Program-made: the position numbers and the translations under genes
Part shown: piece after piece, positions 1 through 14,059 of the stretch
How the letters are laid out: every line of letters starts with the position of its first letter
Position numbering within the stretch: position 1 is the stretch's first letter
NCBI RefSeq assembly: GCF_009914755.1
Contig: NC_060929.1
Direction: 5' to 3' (one strand)
DNA: 64,000 nt
DNA from: the human T2T-CHM13v2.0 reference genome, Homo sapiens
The notes under the pieces: model-generated
What the model saw: the letters and a program-made list of their open reading frames with translations, nothing else
The model's database searches: none
Told to the model about the DNA's origin: nothing

Positions 1-1270
1 GCAAATGAACTTTAATGATGACTAATGAATAGAAATGTGTTTAATAACCTGTGATCTGATTTTAGAAGCTGGGCTATTAACTGAGAATAAGGAGAACTGC
101 TCTCTGTTTCTGATTCTGTCCCTCTAATCTTTGCCTTGAATAAATCACTCATGTATAAAATGATTCTGGATAATTTAAAAGCATCAAGTATTTGAATTGT
201 GACTTTTCTCTCCAATATTTCTCAACTAAACCAGCACAAAAAATATAAGAAGTATAAGGTATAATTTGATTTACCTGCAAAAAGAGTATTAGCCTCTAAT
301 GGGGATTATCCACATTTCTCAAAAACAACAGTTCATAATGTTGATGATCTATTATGACTGTGACCCCTGATGAGTATACTGAGACTGGAGTCAACAGATT
401 GTATTAAACTTCAATAGCATAGAAAGCCAAGCATCATGATTTAGCTTTGTCAAGTGTTGAAAAATTTTGTTTTTACATAGAGGAAGAAGTCTTTCCTAAA
501 TAGATTCTGACTTGGTATATTGACTAAGTATATTTGCCTCATTTTTAGGTTCCTGAATCTCTTTTTTAAAGTTTGTATCTTGTGTTTTTAAAATTACCCT
601 ATATTTTACATACTCATTGTAAGCATATAGGCTTGCACAGATTAATTAAATGTAATTTTTGAATATTTGCCAAAACAGAAGCATGGCATTGGAAATGTAC
701 TTTAAAAATAGAAAATTTGAAGGCACTTTTGAGTTTGCAATGACAATTATCCCAGAAAATTTACTATAAAATATTTAAGTGTTAGCTCAGGTAACCTTTT
801 TAAAATGTATTTTTAATTTACATACAGTAAAATTTACTCTTTTTGGTATATATTTTATATCAAAAATTCGACAAACAGAACAATTCTATTACCTCCTCGA
901 AGGAACTCCTTGAAAATACATTGTCCCTTTGTAGTCAGATCTTCCTGCCACCCACCCTTAACCCCTAACAACTACTGATCTATTTTCCATCACTATGGTT
1001 TGGCCTTTTCTAGGATGTCATACACATGGAATCATACATTATGTAGGCTTTTGAGTCTGGCTTCTTTCACTTAGCATAATGCATTTGAGATTCATCCGTG
1101 TTGTTGCAGGTACCCGTAGTTTGTTCCTTTTTATTGCTCAATACTATTCCATTTATGGGTCCTTCACGGTTTAGCTGCCAGCTGAAGGATATTTACATTA
1201 TACCCAATTTTGGGTGATTGTAAATAAAGCTGTTACAAACATTCACAAATGGTTTTTATGTAAATATGTC

Positions 1271-1568
1271 TTCTTTGTTTATTTCTTTTATTTCTTTTTT
1301 TTTTTTTTTTGAAACAGGGTCCCCCTGCTGTTACCCAGGCTGGAGTGGAGTGGCTCAGTCATAGCTCACTGCAGCCTGAAAGTCCTGGCTTCAAGCCATT
1401 CTCACATCTCAGCCTCCCTAATGGCTGGGACTACAGGGCATGCCACCAAACACAGCTAATTATTTTCTTTTTATTTTGTAGATATAAGGTCTCACTGTGT
1501 TGCCCAGGCTGGTCTCAAACAGCCTCCCAAAGTGTTGGGTTTACAGGTGTGAGCCACTATGTTCAGCC
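1271..1568 (-). mobile_element. AluJ with a deletion in the left monomer
   Basis: Poly-T then 'gaaacagggt...catagctcactgcagcc' (J-type) ending 'gagccactatgttcagcc'; the junction 'ctcaaac|agcctccc' lacks about 30 bp. Confidence 0.9.
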
Positions 1569-2211
1569 AAGTCTTATTTCCCTTGGGTGAATACTTAAGA
1601 GTGGGATTATTATGTATAGTAAGTGTATATTTAACATTATAATAAGCTGCCCAACTATTGCTCATAGTGACTGTACCATTTTGCATTTGAGAATTCAAGT
1701 TTTTCTGTGTACTTGTCAGCACTTGGCATTGTCAGGTTTTTTTTTTAAGTCATTCTAGAGCATACATAGTAGTATCTCATTGTGGTTTTGGTTTCCATTT
1801 CCCTAATGACTAGTAATATAGACCATATATCCATGTGTTTGTTTGCCATTAGTATATATTTTTTGTTGAAGTGTCTTTTCAGATCTTTTGTCCTTTTAAA
1901 AAAAAGAGTTGCTTTCATATTAAGGTTTGATGATTTTTATATAATCTAGATACATGATTCAAAAACATTTTCCCCCAGTCCCTGCCTTGTTTTTTCTTTC
2001 TCTTAAAGTATCTTTTGCAGAGCAAAAAAAGTTTTTGATTTTGATGAAGTCCAGTTTATCAATTTTTTTTCCTTGTTCTGATAGTGCTTTTGGTGTTATA
2101 TCTAAGAACTCTTTGCCTAGCTCAAGGTCACAAATATTTTCCTATACATTTTCTTCTAAGTGTTTTACAGTTTTACATTTACATTTAAGTTTATGGCCCA
2201 TTTCAAGTTGA

Positions 2212-2824
2212 TTTTTTATTAGCACAAGTACATTTCTTTACGAACCGAAGGGATGATCCTAATTAAACCAGCACTTTAAATTAATTGCACATAAGATACT
2301 TATGGAGGTTTGCTTGTTGAACTGAGCTTGTTCATTCTCTCAGCTAATTACTTTCCAAAGTGATGAAAGAATTTTTATTCTACTTTTTTGTAGACCTGAG
2401 TACAGGTGACATTGTTCAGGATGCGGTCCACCATTAATTTTCCATTTTTTAACTTTCTTGTTATTGTGCTTTCCTTTCCTTTCCATTCCTGATGTTGAAC
2501 CAATGTGCCATGTATGAAGTTGTGGACAGTCTGTGTTTTTCTGCTATTAGCTGTAGTTTCTTCAAACTTCTCCACCAGGGTACAAGAGAACTGTGTTGGT
2601 TTCAGAGTGCTCTCAGTGTTTATGATGGTTTTTGCTGTTACAAGAGATGTTACAATCTGGTTGGGCCATTGCATGCATTTTTCACAGAACTATTCCCACT
2701 CCTAGTTCCATCGTGTATTCATCAAAGCATTTGCTGTCCACTCGATGCTATTGTCCTTCCAGCTGCTGAATGGTGGCCAGCATGGGTGTATGAGCAGAGT
2801 AGGGTCTGGCTCAGGGGTGGGGGT
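2212..2824 (-). pseudogene. FABP5P: Processed pseudogene of FABP5 (epidermal fatty-acid-binding protein)
   Basis: Minus-strand translation from 2783 gives MLATIQQLEGQ*HRVDSKCFDEYTMELGVGIVL*KMHAMAQPDC..., then after a frameshift TESTLKPTQFSCTLVEKFEETTANSRKTQTVHNFIHGTLVQHQEWKGKESTITRKLKNGKLMVDRILNNVTCTQVYKKVE* (stop 2375-2377). This is colinear with FABP5 (MATVQQLEG...TESTLKTTQFSCTLGEKFEETTADGRKTQTV...RIYEKVE). No introns; a 3'UTR-like tail and short poly-A remnant (T-run ~2212-2217) follow. Premature stops at 2748-2750 and 2682-2684. The numbered paralogue cannot be fixed from sequence alone. Confidence 0.95.
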
Positions 2825-3333
2825 AGGATATTGAGCCAGGTTTTTTGTATAAGGTGTGAGATACGTGTCTGGGGTGATTTTTTGGCATTTGGGTTAGTAC
2901 TATTTGTTAAAAAGACAATCGTTTTTTTCCATTGAACTGTATTTGCACCTAAGTAAAAAAATCAGTTGACTACAGTATTTGTATGGATGTATTTCTGCAC
3001 TCTATGCTACATTGATCTACGTGTCTCTGCTTTCATCAGTACCCACTGTCATGATTATTGTAGCTTTATAGTATAATTAACTTTAGAACATCTCTGCAAG
3101 AAAGAAACAAATTCTCTCAAGCATCCTAATCAGTTTCCTTTTCAGTCTTCTTATCCAAGCAAATGGATTATTTCTCAACAATTTTATCTTCAATGTTCAT
3201 TCAGTTTATATAGTGACTCAGAAGGGTTGTAGCTATACTTCTTGTAGCCTTTCCCTGTGTAGAAAAAAGACCCGTGTACACTACAGCATTTAAGTTGAGT
3301 TTCTCTGCATCAAAGTCAAAATGCAAAAATTTG

Positions 3334-3336
<3 letters not shown>

Positions 3337-3364
<28 letters not shown>
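3337..3364. repeat. (CA)n microsatellite
   Basis: Run of acacacac directly visible. Confidence 0.95.
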
Positions 3365-4627
3365 CCCCACTCACCCACACAAACCAAAAACCATCTACTG
3401 ACCCTATCATCTGCAGACATTCCCTCAAGGGGCTTTCCAGGGAGCTACCAACTCTTACAGGCCCCATCACTCTGACCAAGCTGCCTGGACAGTGGTGACA
3501 CCTTACCACCCATTGATAACCAGCTTCCTGTCTGGTGGAGTGTCAGTTGGTGGGAACCAGCTGTTATGATTCATCCCACTTAAGATTTCTGCCTTTTGAC
3601 AAGTGACGCTAATAGACCTAGGCTGAATGGTGTCTGATTGGGAGAATTTTCTTTTTGAAAGCAGTTTGATTTCTAGTGCCTCAGCAACTGAACTTTTTAC
3701 TTTAACAGGTACGCTCCAATTTCCAGTTTCTGTGGAAATTCAATAGAGAGATAAATGTTGTTTTCATCAAGTGTTTGTACCAGCTATTATTTCTTCCTGA
3801 AAAACAAACAAGCAAGGTAACTTCTCTTAAAAAAGATACTTGTGTTATGAATTCTTTAATAGTTTTCGAAGCTTTCTGGCTTCTGATATTCTGCAAAAGG
3901 CAAAACATTTCCAGCCTAAGATATGACTTGTTACATTTGGATTTGGTGAAAGAATTATTAAGTGCTTGAGGGGATAGCTTCACATATCTTGAGGGGATGG
4001 CCTTTCTCTTGTGCTACTGAAGCCAGTTTCATCCTTTGCTTTGTTTTTGTCATTTCCTTACTCTGATAAGCTTATGAATATTATTTTAAAAAGTTTGTTA
4101 AGGGTCAACCCCTTATGGTTTACAACCATAAGGACAAGCTGTTGTAAATATAATGAAAGAACAATATAAGAAATATACATTTTAAAATATTGATAAGGGA
4201 AAGTTGTACTGGTTTTTATGAGTTATGCAAAATTAACATTGTCCTTACTTTTTTAAAAACAATTTTCAGCAGTTGCACATGGAATAACAATTGTCCTTAC
4301 TTTAGAGATGAGGAGAGAGCAGAGCATGCCATGAAGGAGGAGGACTGTGATTACATTAGGGACCTACCAATCATGGTACCAGTGGCATGCATGGGCAGAA
4401 GGGGAGCCTATTACCAGCAGCCTTCACAGGATGGGCCAGATTTCTTCAGCATCACTGCATATAAAGTCACACCCCTAAGTATGAGAAAGTCAAATTGTGA
4501 TGGAAATTTTTCTAATGCTAAGAAGTGCTGGTTTCCTATAGCCAATTAGGTAGTGCTAGCAGTGCAACATTTTATAACATTTGGTAGTAACAAGTGATTT
4601 TATCTTTGGGTTGGCGATACCCTAGGG

Positions 4628-4760
4628 CAGACATTCTCAAGCTTTAGTGTACATAAGAATTACCTGAGGAGCTTGTTAAACTTTAGGTCCCTGGGCCCCA
4701 GCCCTCAGAGGTTTTGATTTATTAGGTCTGGGGAGTGGACAAGAATCTGCATTTTAAAAA
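4628..4760. mobile_element. MER5A-like hAT-Charlie fragment
   Basis: 'ttctcaagctttagtgtacataagaattacctgaggagcttgttaaa...aagaatctgcatttt'. Confidence 0.75.
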
Positions 4761-6249
4761 CAAACCCACTCTGTTTGGCACCCTGACTCGTTTCTCAAAA
4801 GGTTGCAAAATTCTCCTAACAAAAACTATTACACTTCAACTGAATTTTTAAATTACCGTTCAACTGAATTTTTAAAATACTCTTTCACATAGTACAAGTA
4901 AGTGTTGTGAAATTCAATGATGGTTGAGCTTCGGGGTTCCAGAGAGGTTGGCAATAACTAGTTTAGATTCCCTAGGTGTGAACTAAGATATAACATGCAG
5001 TGAGCAGTATAAATAGACTTAAGTTAAATTTCTTTCAATTAGAAGTTATTAGTTACACAATTTCCATTTCCAGGTCATCTATGCATCCACAGATGGTATT
5101 AGATAAGGGAGCTAGACCAGGCATGGTCTACCTAGGGAATTTCACAAGGTTCTTTTATAATCATTTATTGCCTACTGGGCCCTTAATGATGTTACTCAGG
5201 ATCCCATTAAGTTAGCCATGAATATAGTAATTGGTCCCCTGACGATAGCCAGGGGGAGTCAAATCTTGTGGCTCCACCCTATTCTGGTCATGTTGGAGGC
5301 AAGATAGAAATTGTTGCTTGTAATCTTCAAGGGCACTTTTCCTTTCTGGGGATAAGGTGCACTGTGCTCCCAAGCACATTTCTCAAAACACAGCCTGAGT
5401 CCCTAGAGAGTCCTCCCCCTCTAATTCAGGCTGGCACTTATGACTTACTTTTAAAAGTAATTTGAAAATCCCATCAAATACAAACAATCAAAATCTAGAT
5501 TCTCCACCAGATATTCTGTAGATCTAGTATTCCGTTGTTTCCATCTGCCCACATCAACCACTTAAAAATATTTTTGGACAAGGTTTTTCCTGCCTTTGTT
5601 GATACTTAGGTAAGATGGAGCATTTCTAGAGACTGGACCCAAAGCAACTACACACATGAATATGATATAAACTAGTTCTGTGTTAGCAACGGGGAGTCAG
5701 ATTTTGCTGATTTGGTGTTCATATTCAGACAAAGTTCTGCAGTTTGCGGAATTATAATACCAAACCAGAGGTTATTCCTGATTCATTTGAATGAATCCCT
5801 GTGCTTGTGGTTCATGTATATAGCTGGCTTTTGAAATTTTTCTAACTTTTCATGGCAAAACTTAAAGCAAAGAGAGTTATAGAATCTTCCAGATATGGAA
5901 AGTACTTTAAAGAGCATACACTCCTATCTCTTGTTTATTATTTATTTATTGGTTTTGACATCCAGGATACACACTAGATTACCTAATTTTTAAAACTCAT
6001 CTTCTACCTTAACTGTCACTAAATTGTCAGCTTTTTAAGGGAGAAGATTCTTTCTTACTCAAGTGTGTTTTTAATCACTGTGAGATTATATTACAGTGAG
6101 ATTATAGTTCAGCTTCTTGAGGAAGAAGGCTTCATTTTGCACAGCTGCCCTGAATAAATATTTTTTAACTTGATCATTCAGTTGGCAGATGTTTTTTCTC
6201 GTTCTCTGTTTTCCAGTTGGTGTATTTGGCTGCCATATTTCCTCAATTC

Positions 6250-6345
6250 TGACCCCTGCCCTATCATTTATTAATGTATGACTTTGGGCAAGTTATTTAA
6301 CCTCTCTGTGCCTTAGTTTTCTTTTCTGTAAAATGACACTCAGTA
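6250..6345 (+). mobile_element. MIR fragment
   Basis: MIR core 'tgactttgggcaagttatttaacctctctgtgccttagttttcttttctgtaaaatg'. Confidence 0.8.
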
Positions 6346-6457
6346 GCATGATGATGATGTTAGCTGTTGTCTTTGTGGGTATTTTTTAACATGATTAATA
6401 TTTATGTGTCTAGATTAAGTAGATAACACTAATAATAGCTGCCGTATTTTGAGGACT

Positions 6458-6800
6458 TTCTTAGTACATTTCTGCTGCTATAACAAAATATTAATGCCAC
6501 AAACTGGGCAACTTATAAACAATAGGAATGTATTTCTGACAGTTGTGGAGGCTAGGAAGCACTGGCAGATTCAGTGTTTGGTGAGGGCTTGTCCTACAGA
6601 TGACATTTTCTTGCAGTGTCTGTGCAAAAGGGCAGAAGAAAACAAACCCACTACCTCAAGCCATTTTGTAAGGTCTCTAATCCCATCCATGAGGGCTCTG
6701 CCCTCCTAACTTAATCACCTTCTAAAGGCTCTACCTTTTAATACCTTCACATTGTCAATTAAGTTGTGCCGCATGTATTTTTGGGGAAATTCACACTGTG
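6458..6800 (-). mobile_element. MaLR solo LTR (MST/MLT1A-type)
   Basis: 'ttagtacatttctgctgctataacaaaata...ctaatcccatccatgagggctctgccctc...taatcaccttctaaagg'. Confidence 0.8.
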
Positions 6801-6974
6801 CTTATGCTTCCTGTCCTTTCATTTAATAGCCTAAGTTCTATCTGGAAAATACTATGGGAAAACAGAAGTTATTTGAAAGCTCTTGAAAGTAGGACATGTT
6901 AACAGTTACAATTAGTAAGTATATACTGTACACATTTTATTATGATAGATTCTTCCATGATTATAAGATAAGTG

Positions 6975-8022
6975 ATTTTTCTTTTTTTTCACTTTTTTTT
7001 AAGTTCAGGGGTACATGTGCAGGTTTGTTAAATAGGTAAACTCATGTCATGGGGGTTTGTTGTACAGGTTATTTCATCACCCAGGTATTAAGCCTAGTTC
7101 TCATTATCTGTTTTTCCTGATCCTCTCCAACCTCGCACCCTACACTCTCAGGAAGAACCCAGTATCTGTCGTTCCCCTCTATGTGTCCATGTGTTCTCAT
7201 CATTTAGCTCCCACTTCTAAGTGAAAACAGGTGGTATTTGGTTTTCTGTTCCTGCATTAGTTTGCTGGAGTCCGCCAGCTCCATCCATGTTCCTGCAAAG
7301 GACAGGATCTTGGTTTTTTTTTTTATGGCTGCATGGTATTCCACGGTGTGTATGTACCACATTTTCTTTATCCAGTCTACCACTGATGGACATTTAGGGT
7401 GATTCCATGTCTTTACTATTGTGAATAGTGCTGGATGAACACACGTGTGCATGTGTCTCTATGATAGAATGATTTATATTTTTTTGGGTATATGTTCAGT
7501 AATGGGATTGCTGGGTTGACCGGTAGTTCTGTTTCTAGCTCTTTGAGGAATCTCCACACTGCTTTCCACAATGATTGAACTAATTTACACTTTTACCAAC
7601 AGTGTATATGTGTTCTTCTTTCTCTGCAACCTCCCCAGCATCTGTTATGTTTTGACTTTTTAATTATAGCCATTCTGACTGGTGTGAGATGATATCTCAT
7701 TATGGTTTTGATTTGCATCTCTCTAATGATCAGTGAAGTTGAACCTTTTTTCATATGCTTGTTGCCGACATGTATGTCTTGTTTTGAAAAGTATCTGTTC
7801 ATTTCCTTTGCTCACTTTTTTATGTGGTTGTTTTTTTTTCTTGTAAATTTGTTTGTTTCTTTTAGATGCTGGATATTAGACCTTTGTCAGATGCATAGTT
7901 TGCAAACATTTTCTCCCATTCTGTTGATTGTCTGTTTACTCTATTGATAGTGTCTTTTCCTGTGCAGAAGCTCTTTAATTTAATTAGATCCTATTTGTCA
8001 ATTTTTGCTTTTGTTGCAATTG
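6975..8022 (-). mobile_element. 5'-truncated L1PA (older primate subfamily) 3' end
   Basis: 'ttcaggggtacatgtgcaggtttgtta...catttagctcccactt...gcagaagctctttaatt'; degenerate TSD gataagtgattttt (~6967) / gataagcaattttt (~8023). Confidence 0.9.
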
Positions 8023-9156
8023 GATAAGCAATTTTTCAACTGAAACTATAAGAAGGAGTTTTTAGGCTTCCTGGACCCACTGTTCTACAGTATTATATGG
8101 AAATCATTGTCCTACAACATAATATTTTTTAAAAAAAACCTTCATGGTACACTTAACAAAATCAGGATACATATGCTGATGTAGCACAGAAGAGTAAATT
8201 AATTGGGCATTTAAAGTCTGATGAGTTGCACTGACTCTTGGGTTATCAGGTGGCGACTTAATTATGCTACTAAATGAATTAACACTCCTTAAATGTGGGA
8301 AATTCACACTCAGCTTCATCACTCCTGTCAGTGAACTGGTGGCAGTATCCAAAAGAGCAAAGTACATTTCTGAAAAAAATCCAAGTGGTTCATATTAAAG
8401 AATAATGAGTATCAGATGCATTAGGGCTCTATCATGTAATGTTGCTAACGTCCCCTATAATATTCACTGAAGACAAACTGGGAAAATACAGAGAAATAGA
8501 AAAAAGAAAACTAAAATCACCTACAATTCCACACCCTAAAACAACCATTACTAAGAACTTTATGTACCAATTCATCCCAGCCACAATTATATATATATAA
8601 ATGCATGAGATTAAAATTGGGGTCATGCTACAGATAAAAATTTGCATTTATCCTATTAAACAAACTCACTGAGAACACCTTCCTAGACAAAATAACTTTT
8701 AAGCTTTTGCCTTCTCTTCAGTTACACATGACATATGCTAAGTAACATTATCAGTTCAGGATAGAGGATATAAGTAAAAGAAAGATTGACACTGCCCAGG
8801 ATAGAGAAACAAGAGTATGAACAATAAATATGTGTGTTATTTCTGAATATAATTTTTTTAGTCATCAATAAATTATTTATGGGGAAGAGTTGAAAAAGGC
8901 AGGATTTAAAAATTATTTTTGGAAAAAGTACAGGATCTCAAAAATGCTTCAGAGAGAATTAGTTTAAGTTTACTAGTGGTCTTTTTGGGAGGGCTCAATG
9001 AGTACTTATTGTATGGATTAATTTAAGAAGAGCTATACATATAAAAGTATGAACATATTCCCTATAACCTAAATCCTTTCTCTCCCTCATCTAAGACTTA
9101 TTCCAAAGTCCCATGTTTTTTCTATATTTAAAGCTGCATAGGAATTTTAATTTTTA

Positions 9157-9618
<462 letters not shown>

Positions 9619-9806
9619 TTATATTTTCTGTGATTGAAAGTCTCCTTTAATAAAAGGGGGATGAACAAACCTTTTGTTGCTGAAGGGTTCCTGGAGGCCA
9701 TCTTCTAGTGAATGCTGCTTTTGGTACCCATTAGAGTTCACCACTGGGCCCATGCATCTGCCAAATACAGCCTGAAAGTTCATCTTTTGATTCCCAATGG
9801 CCTCTG

Positions 9807-10664
9807 TAGCACTGGCTACATCACTTGTGAGGCCCAGCGCAAAATGAAAATGTGGAGCCTCCTATTTAAAAAGCAAGAAAATTAAAATATGAAGCTTTTT
9901 CTGTTATTCCACAGTCTTTCCCTCAACCTATCATGGTGTTTTTATTTACTATTTAATGTTGCACATTCTTAGGCATGGAAATACCTGCAGGATGAATGCA
10001 GATTCACATAGGGCCTCGCTCTGTGACTAAGCCCTCACGTCACCCACCGTTAAGTTCTCCTACTGCCATCCACTTGCCCAACCCATTCCCTGGCAGGTGG
10101 CAGAGAAGGCATGTCAGGCATCTCCCTTTCCCTGTGCCCACTACCCATGCAATCCCATGGTGGCTGGGGACCCCCAAGAGTAGTGCCACCTCTATGCCAA
10201 ACATGCTAGATCAGAGGCAGGTAAGAGACTCCCTCCTGCCCACCAATACCCATGAACATGCCATGGTGCTGCCAGTCTGAGACAGGAATAGCTGCCACCA
10301 TGCCTCACCCTGAGATGTCACAGGGAGCAATACAACCTCCTTTTGAGGCTGGAGGTCAGCAAAAATTGTTGGTGAGGACAGGCTGGAAAAGGCCTATGGG
10401 ACCCAAAGTACAAGGGTACAGGGAAGTGGGGCAGCTGAGAACCCCACCCCAGCAAAGCAGGGAAGTGGGCTGGTTGGTGAGCTGAGGCTCCAAGCACCCT
10501 GTGTATACTCTGTTGTCTCATTGGATTTCACTTATAAAACACAAACTCAAAAATAAAATTATTAAGAATTTCAAGGTAGAATATTAAACCTCATGGGGTA
10601 AAGGAGTTTTCTGACCACGTATCCTGTGTGACTGAACTGGTTGTACACCACTGAGCAGGCCCTG
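9807..10664 (-). mobile_element. MER45B/C-like non-autonomous hAT-Tip100 element
   Basis: Ends match MER45 termini ('ggctacat...ggcccagcgcaaaatgaaaatg' and 'attaagaatttcaag...ggccctg'). The 8-bp TSD ggcctctg (9799-9806) / ggcctcca (10665-10672) is consistent with CpG decay of ggcctccg. Confidence 0.8.
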
Positions 10665-10759
10665 GGCCTCCAGAACAACTTCTGCCCCTAAAATGAAGAA
10701 ACTTTTTTTGTTTTGTGGCAGGATGAGAAATACTTGAATATCACTTTTATTTCTTGTAT

Positions 10760-10905
10760 AACAATGCTTCTAAAGTTTAATGTGCATATGAATCATCTGA
10801 GATTCTTGTTAAAATGCAGATTCTAATTTAGTAGGTCTGAGGTGGGACCTGAGGTTTTGCATTTCCAAGTTCCCAACTGATGCCAAAGCTGATCTGGAAA
10901 CCACC
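10760..10905. mobile_element. MER5A-like fragment
   Basis: 'gaatcatctgagattcttgttaaaatgcagattctaatttagtaggtctgaggtgggacctgag'. Confidence 0.75.
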
Positions 10906-10927
10906 TATCCCTTAAAAAGCATTTTGT

Positions 10928-11775
<848 letters not shown>

Positions 11776-11824
11776 ATTGAGGGTCCCCAAGGATGTATAC
11801 AAACCTAAGGGTTAAAGATATTAC

Positions 11825-11985
11825 TCTTAACCACTGTGTGATGTTGGCCAAGTGACTTATCATCTCCAGGCCTGTTTTCTTATCTGTAAATTGGTAGTAA
11901 TTATAGGGCCTAACTTAATGGGTTGTTGGGCATGTAAAATGCAGAGAATAGTGCCTCGCAGAGTGTGTGTTCATTGTCAATTAAT
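11825..11985 (+). mobile_element. MIR fragment
   Basis: 'ctgtgtgatgttggccaagtgacttatcatctcc...tctgtaaattgg'. Confidence 0.7.
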
Positions 11986-12189
11986 AGTATCATTCACATT
12001 AGGACTTGGCTGGCTTTGGGTGCAAATTGCACCAAATTTTGCTTCATATCCAGACTATGATCCCAACATATTTTACATTTGACATTTATAGATTTTTAAA
12101 GATAAAGGTTCTTTCATTCAGAATTCTGAAATAATTGATATTCCACCTAATTTTACATTAGTAGTAGGATTACTTTTTAAGTTTTAAAA

Positions 12190-12720
12190 AATTAATTTAT
12201 AAAGACAAATGCCCAAGATATTTTTTACAACATTATTTATAATGATCAAAAAGCGTGAAAATAATTCGGTTATTCATTTGGAAATATGTTCAGTTCTATA
12301 CCATGAAAATGAAAGAATGAGGCAATTCTATATATGTTCACTAAGATGCCCCAAGATGTATTAAGTTAAAAATAAACAAATTTTGTAAATAAAAGCAGCC
12401 AGACACAAGAAAATACATATGGTATGGTTCTATTTACTTAAACTCTAATAACAGGCAAAGTTATAGTGCTTAATGATGTGTGCTTAGGCAATAAAATTAA
12501 TAAGAACAACAACAAGTTGATGACTCTAAAAGTCAGGATACTGGAAACCTCTGAGAGAGAGGGTGAGAGGGGGTAGTGATTAGAAGTCCTGAAGAGGGCT
12601 GGCAGTACTCTGCTTTTTAACCTGAGTGGTTGTTGCAAGAGGGCTCACTTTGTTGTTTTGTACACTTACCTATGCATATATTAGATTTCACAATAAAAAG
12701 TATTTGAAAGCACATTTCAT
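12190..12720 (+). mobile_element. Highly diverged L1ME-type 3' fragments
   Basis: 'aaagcagccagacacaagaaaatacatatggtatggttctattta', 'ttagatttcacaataaaaag'. Confidence 0.55.
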
Positions 12721-14059
12721 AACTCTGTTAGGCATAGTCTATATATATTTGTAGAAAAATTCACAAAAGATCCACACACACACAAAGACACAACTATGGG
12801 CATTTTTTTATTACTTTTGGGTTATGGGAATGTGGGGTAGGGAAAAATTTCACTTTGCATTTTACAATTTGCATTTTGTCCATAATCGTGTTACTTTAAA
12901 ATACGCCATCAAATATTGTATGTGAATACAGATTACTCCATTTTTATGTGCTTCTGTATTATTTGAATTTTCTTCATAATCACATGTTACTTTAAAAATA
13001 TTCTTTCAAAATTTGCATATGTATTCATATGTGTGTACATATTTATATATGCTTGGAGGTTTTAGAATAATACTTCAACAGTGGTCACCTCTAAGGGGTG
13101 CACCTGGGGATAATGCATTAAGAGAAGGGGGAACATTTTCTTTTCAGACTTCTAATTTGCTTGAATATTTTCTTTTACAATAAACATGCTGATTTTTAAT
13201 TTACAGCATACACCAAAAGTGGTATATAACATATTTCAGCAGATTTTGTCTTGCAGACAGAATAGATTTGGAGGGGTAAAAATGGGCTCATTTAAAAATG
13301 TAGATCCTAGGGGAAGGCTTTATAGGAAAAAATACCCTAGAATGCAAACCTATACTCCTGCCCCAACATACATGCCAGAGTCTCTGATAATGGGCTAACC
13401 TGATGAAATCTTTGAAATTAAACCATCAAGGCAGGAATCCTCAACACTAAGTACAGCTCCTGGTCTGTGGAAAGTATTCAAGAATTATTTGTTGAATTTA
13501 TTGGAAAACAGAGTAGTGTTTAAAAATTTGACCTACTTTTCACTGCTTGTTGAGGCTGGAGGTGTTTTTCTTAGTGTGAGGTTTGAGAGGCATGCAACAT
13601 GATTGATGAATGAAAGTAGCTAATTTTTGGAGAAAATAAAGTAAAATTCATTTACTTTAAATTTTACTTTCGCCTTTTAGGTCAGTTAGTATTTTCATCT
13701 GCTTTTTAAAAGCAGATGATACTTTTCAAGTTGTTGATTAACAGTGATACTCTATCCTAATTATCCTGTGAAGCTTACAGTAAGTGACCTAAAATTCAAT
13801 GGGAATGACTCAGCCAGACAAGAAAAAGTCACTGGAAGACCAAATCTACTACAGGGAAATAGCACTGGTATTAATCAAAGGTCTAATACTGAAACTCTCT
13901 GAGAAATCCAAGTAGATTCTACACTTTGTTGCTGATAATTAGACATTCCCAACAAATAATAATCAATAATATATATTTTTTGGCAGCAGAGGCAGAGATA
14001 CAGAAGTGAGCTTCTCACCAAAATAGAGTGTCTTTGGAACAATGTCCAGCACTGGTATG

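Larger units (their letters stand above)
797..3075 (-). mobile_element. Old L1 (L1M class) 3' fragment, interrupted by an AluJ and the FABP5 retrocopy
   Basis: Antisense L1 3' motifs: 'tggcttctttcacttagcataatgcatttgagattcatcc' (~1058), 'gtatctcattgtggttttg' (~1772), 'ttttgatgaagtccagtttatc' (~2039). L1 resumes after 2830 with 'ttttttgtataaggtgtgag'. Subfamily not resolved. Confidence 0.85.

Noticed and set aside
2375-2674. 99-aa FABP-like ORF as a functional CDS
   Set aside because: The N-terminus is out of frame and the true upstream frame carries two stops and a frameshift, so it is a pseudogene.
2492-2935. Longest ORF in the track (147 aa, plus strand)
   Set aside because: It is antisense to the FABP5 pseudogene and runs into L1 sequence; it has no recognisable domain.
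12880-13025. Weak ~95-bp periodic similarity (cataatc...tgttactttaaa)
   Set aside because: Highly diverged, AT-rich and probably within old L1 debris; it cannot be supported by eye.
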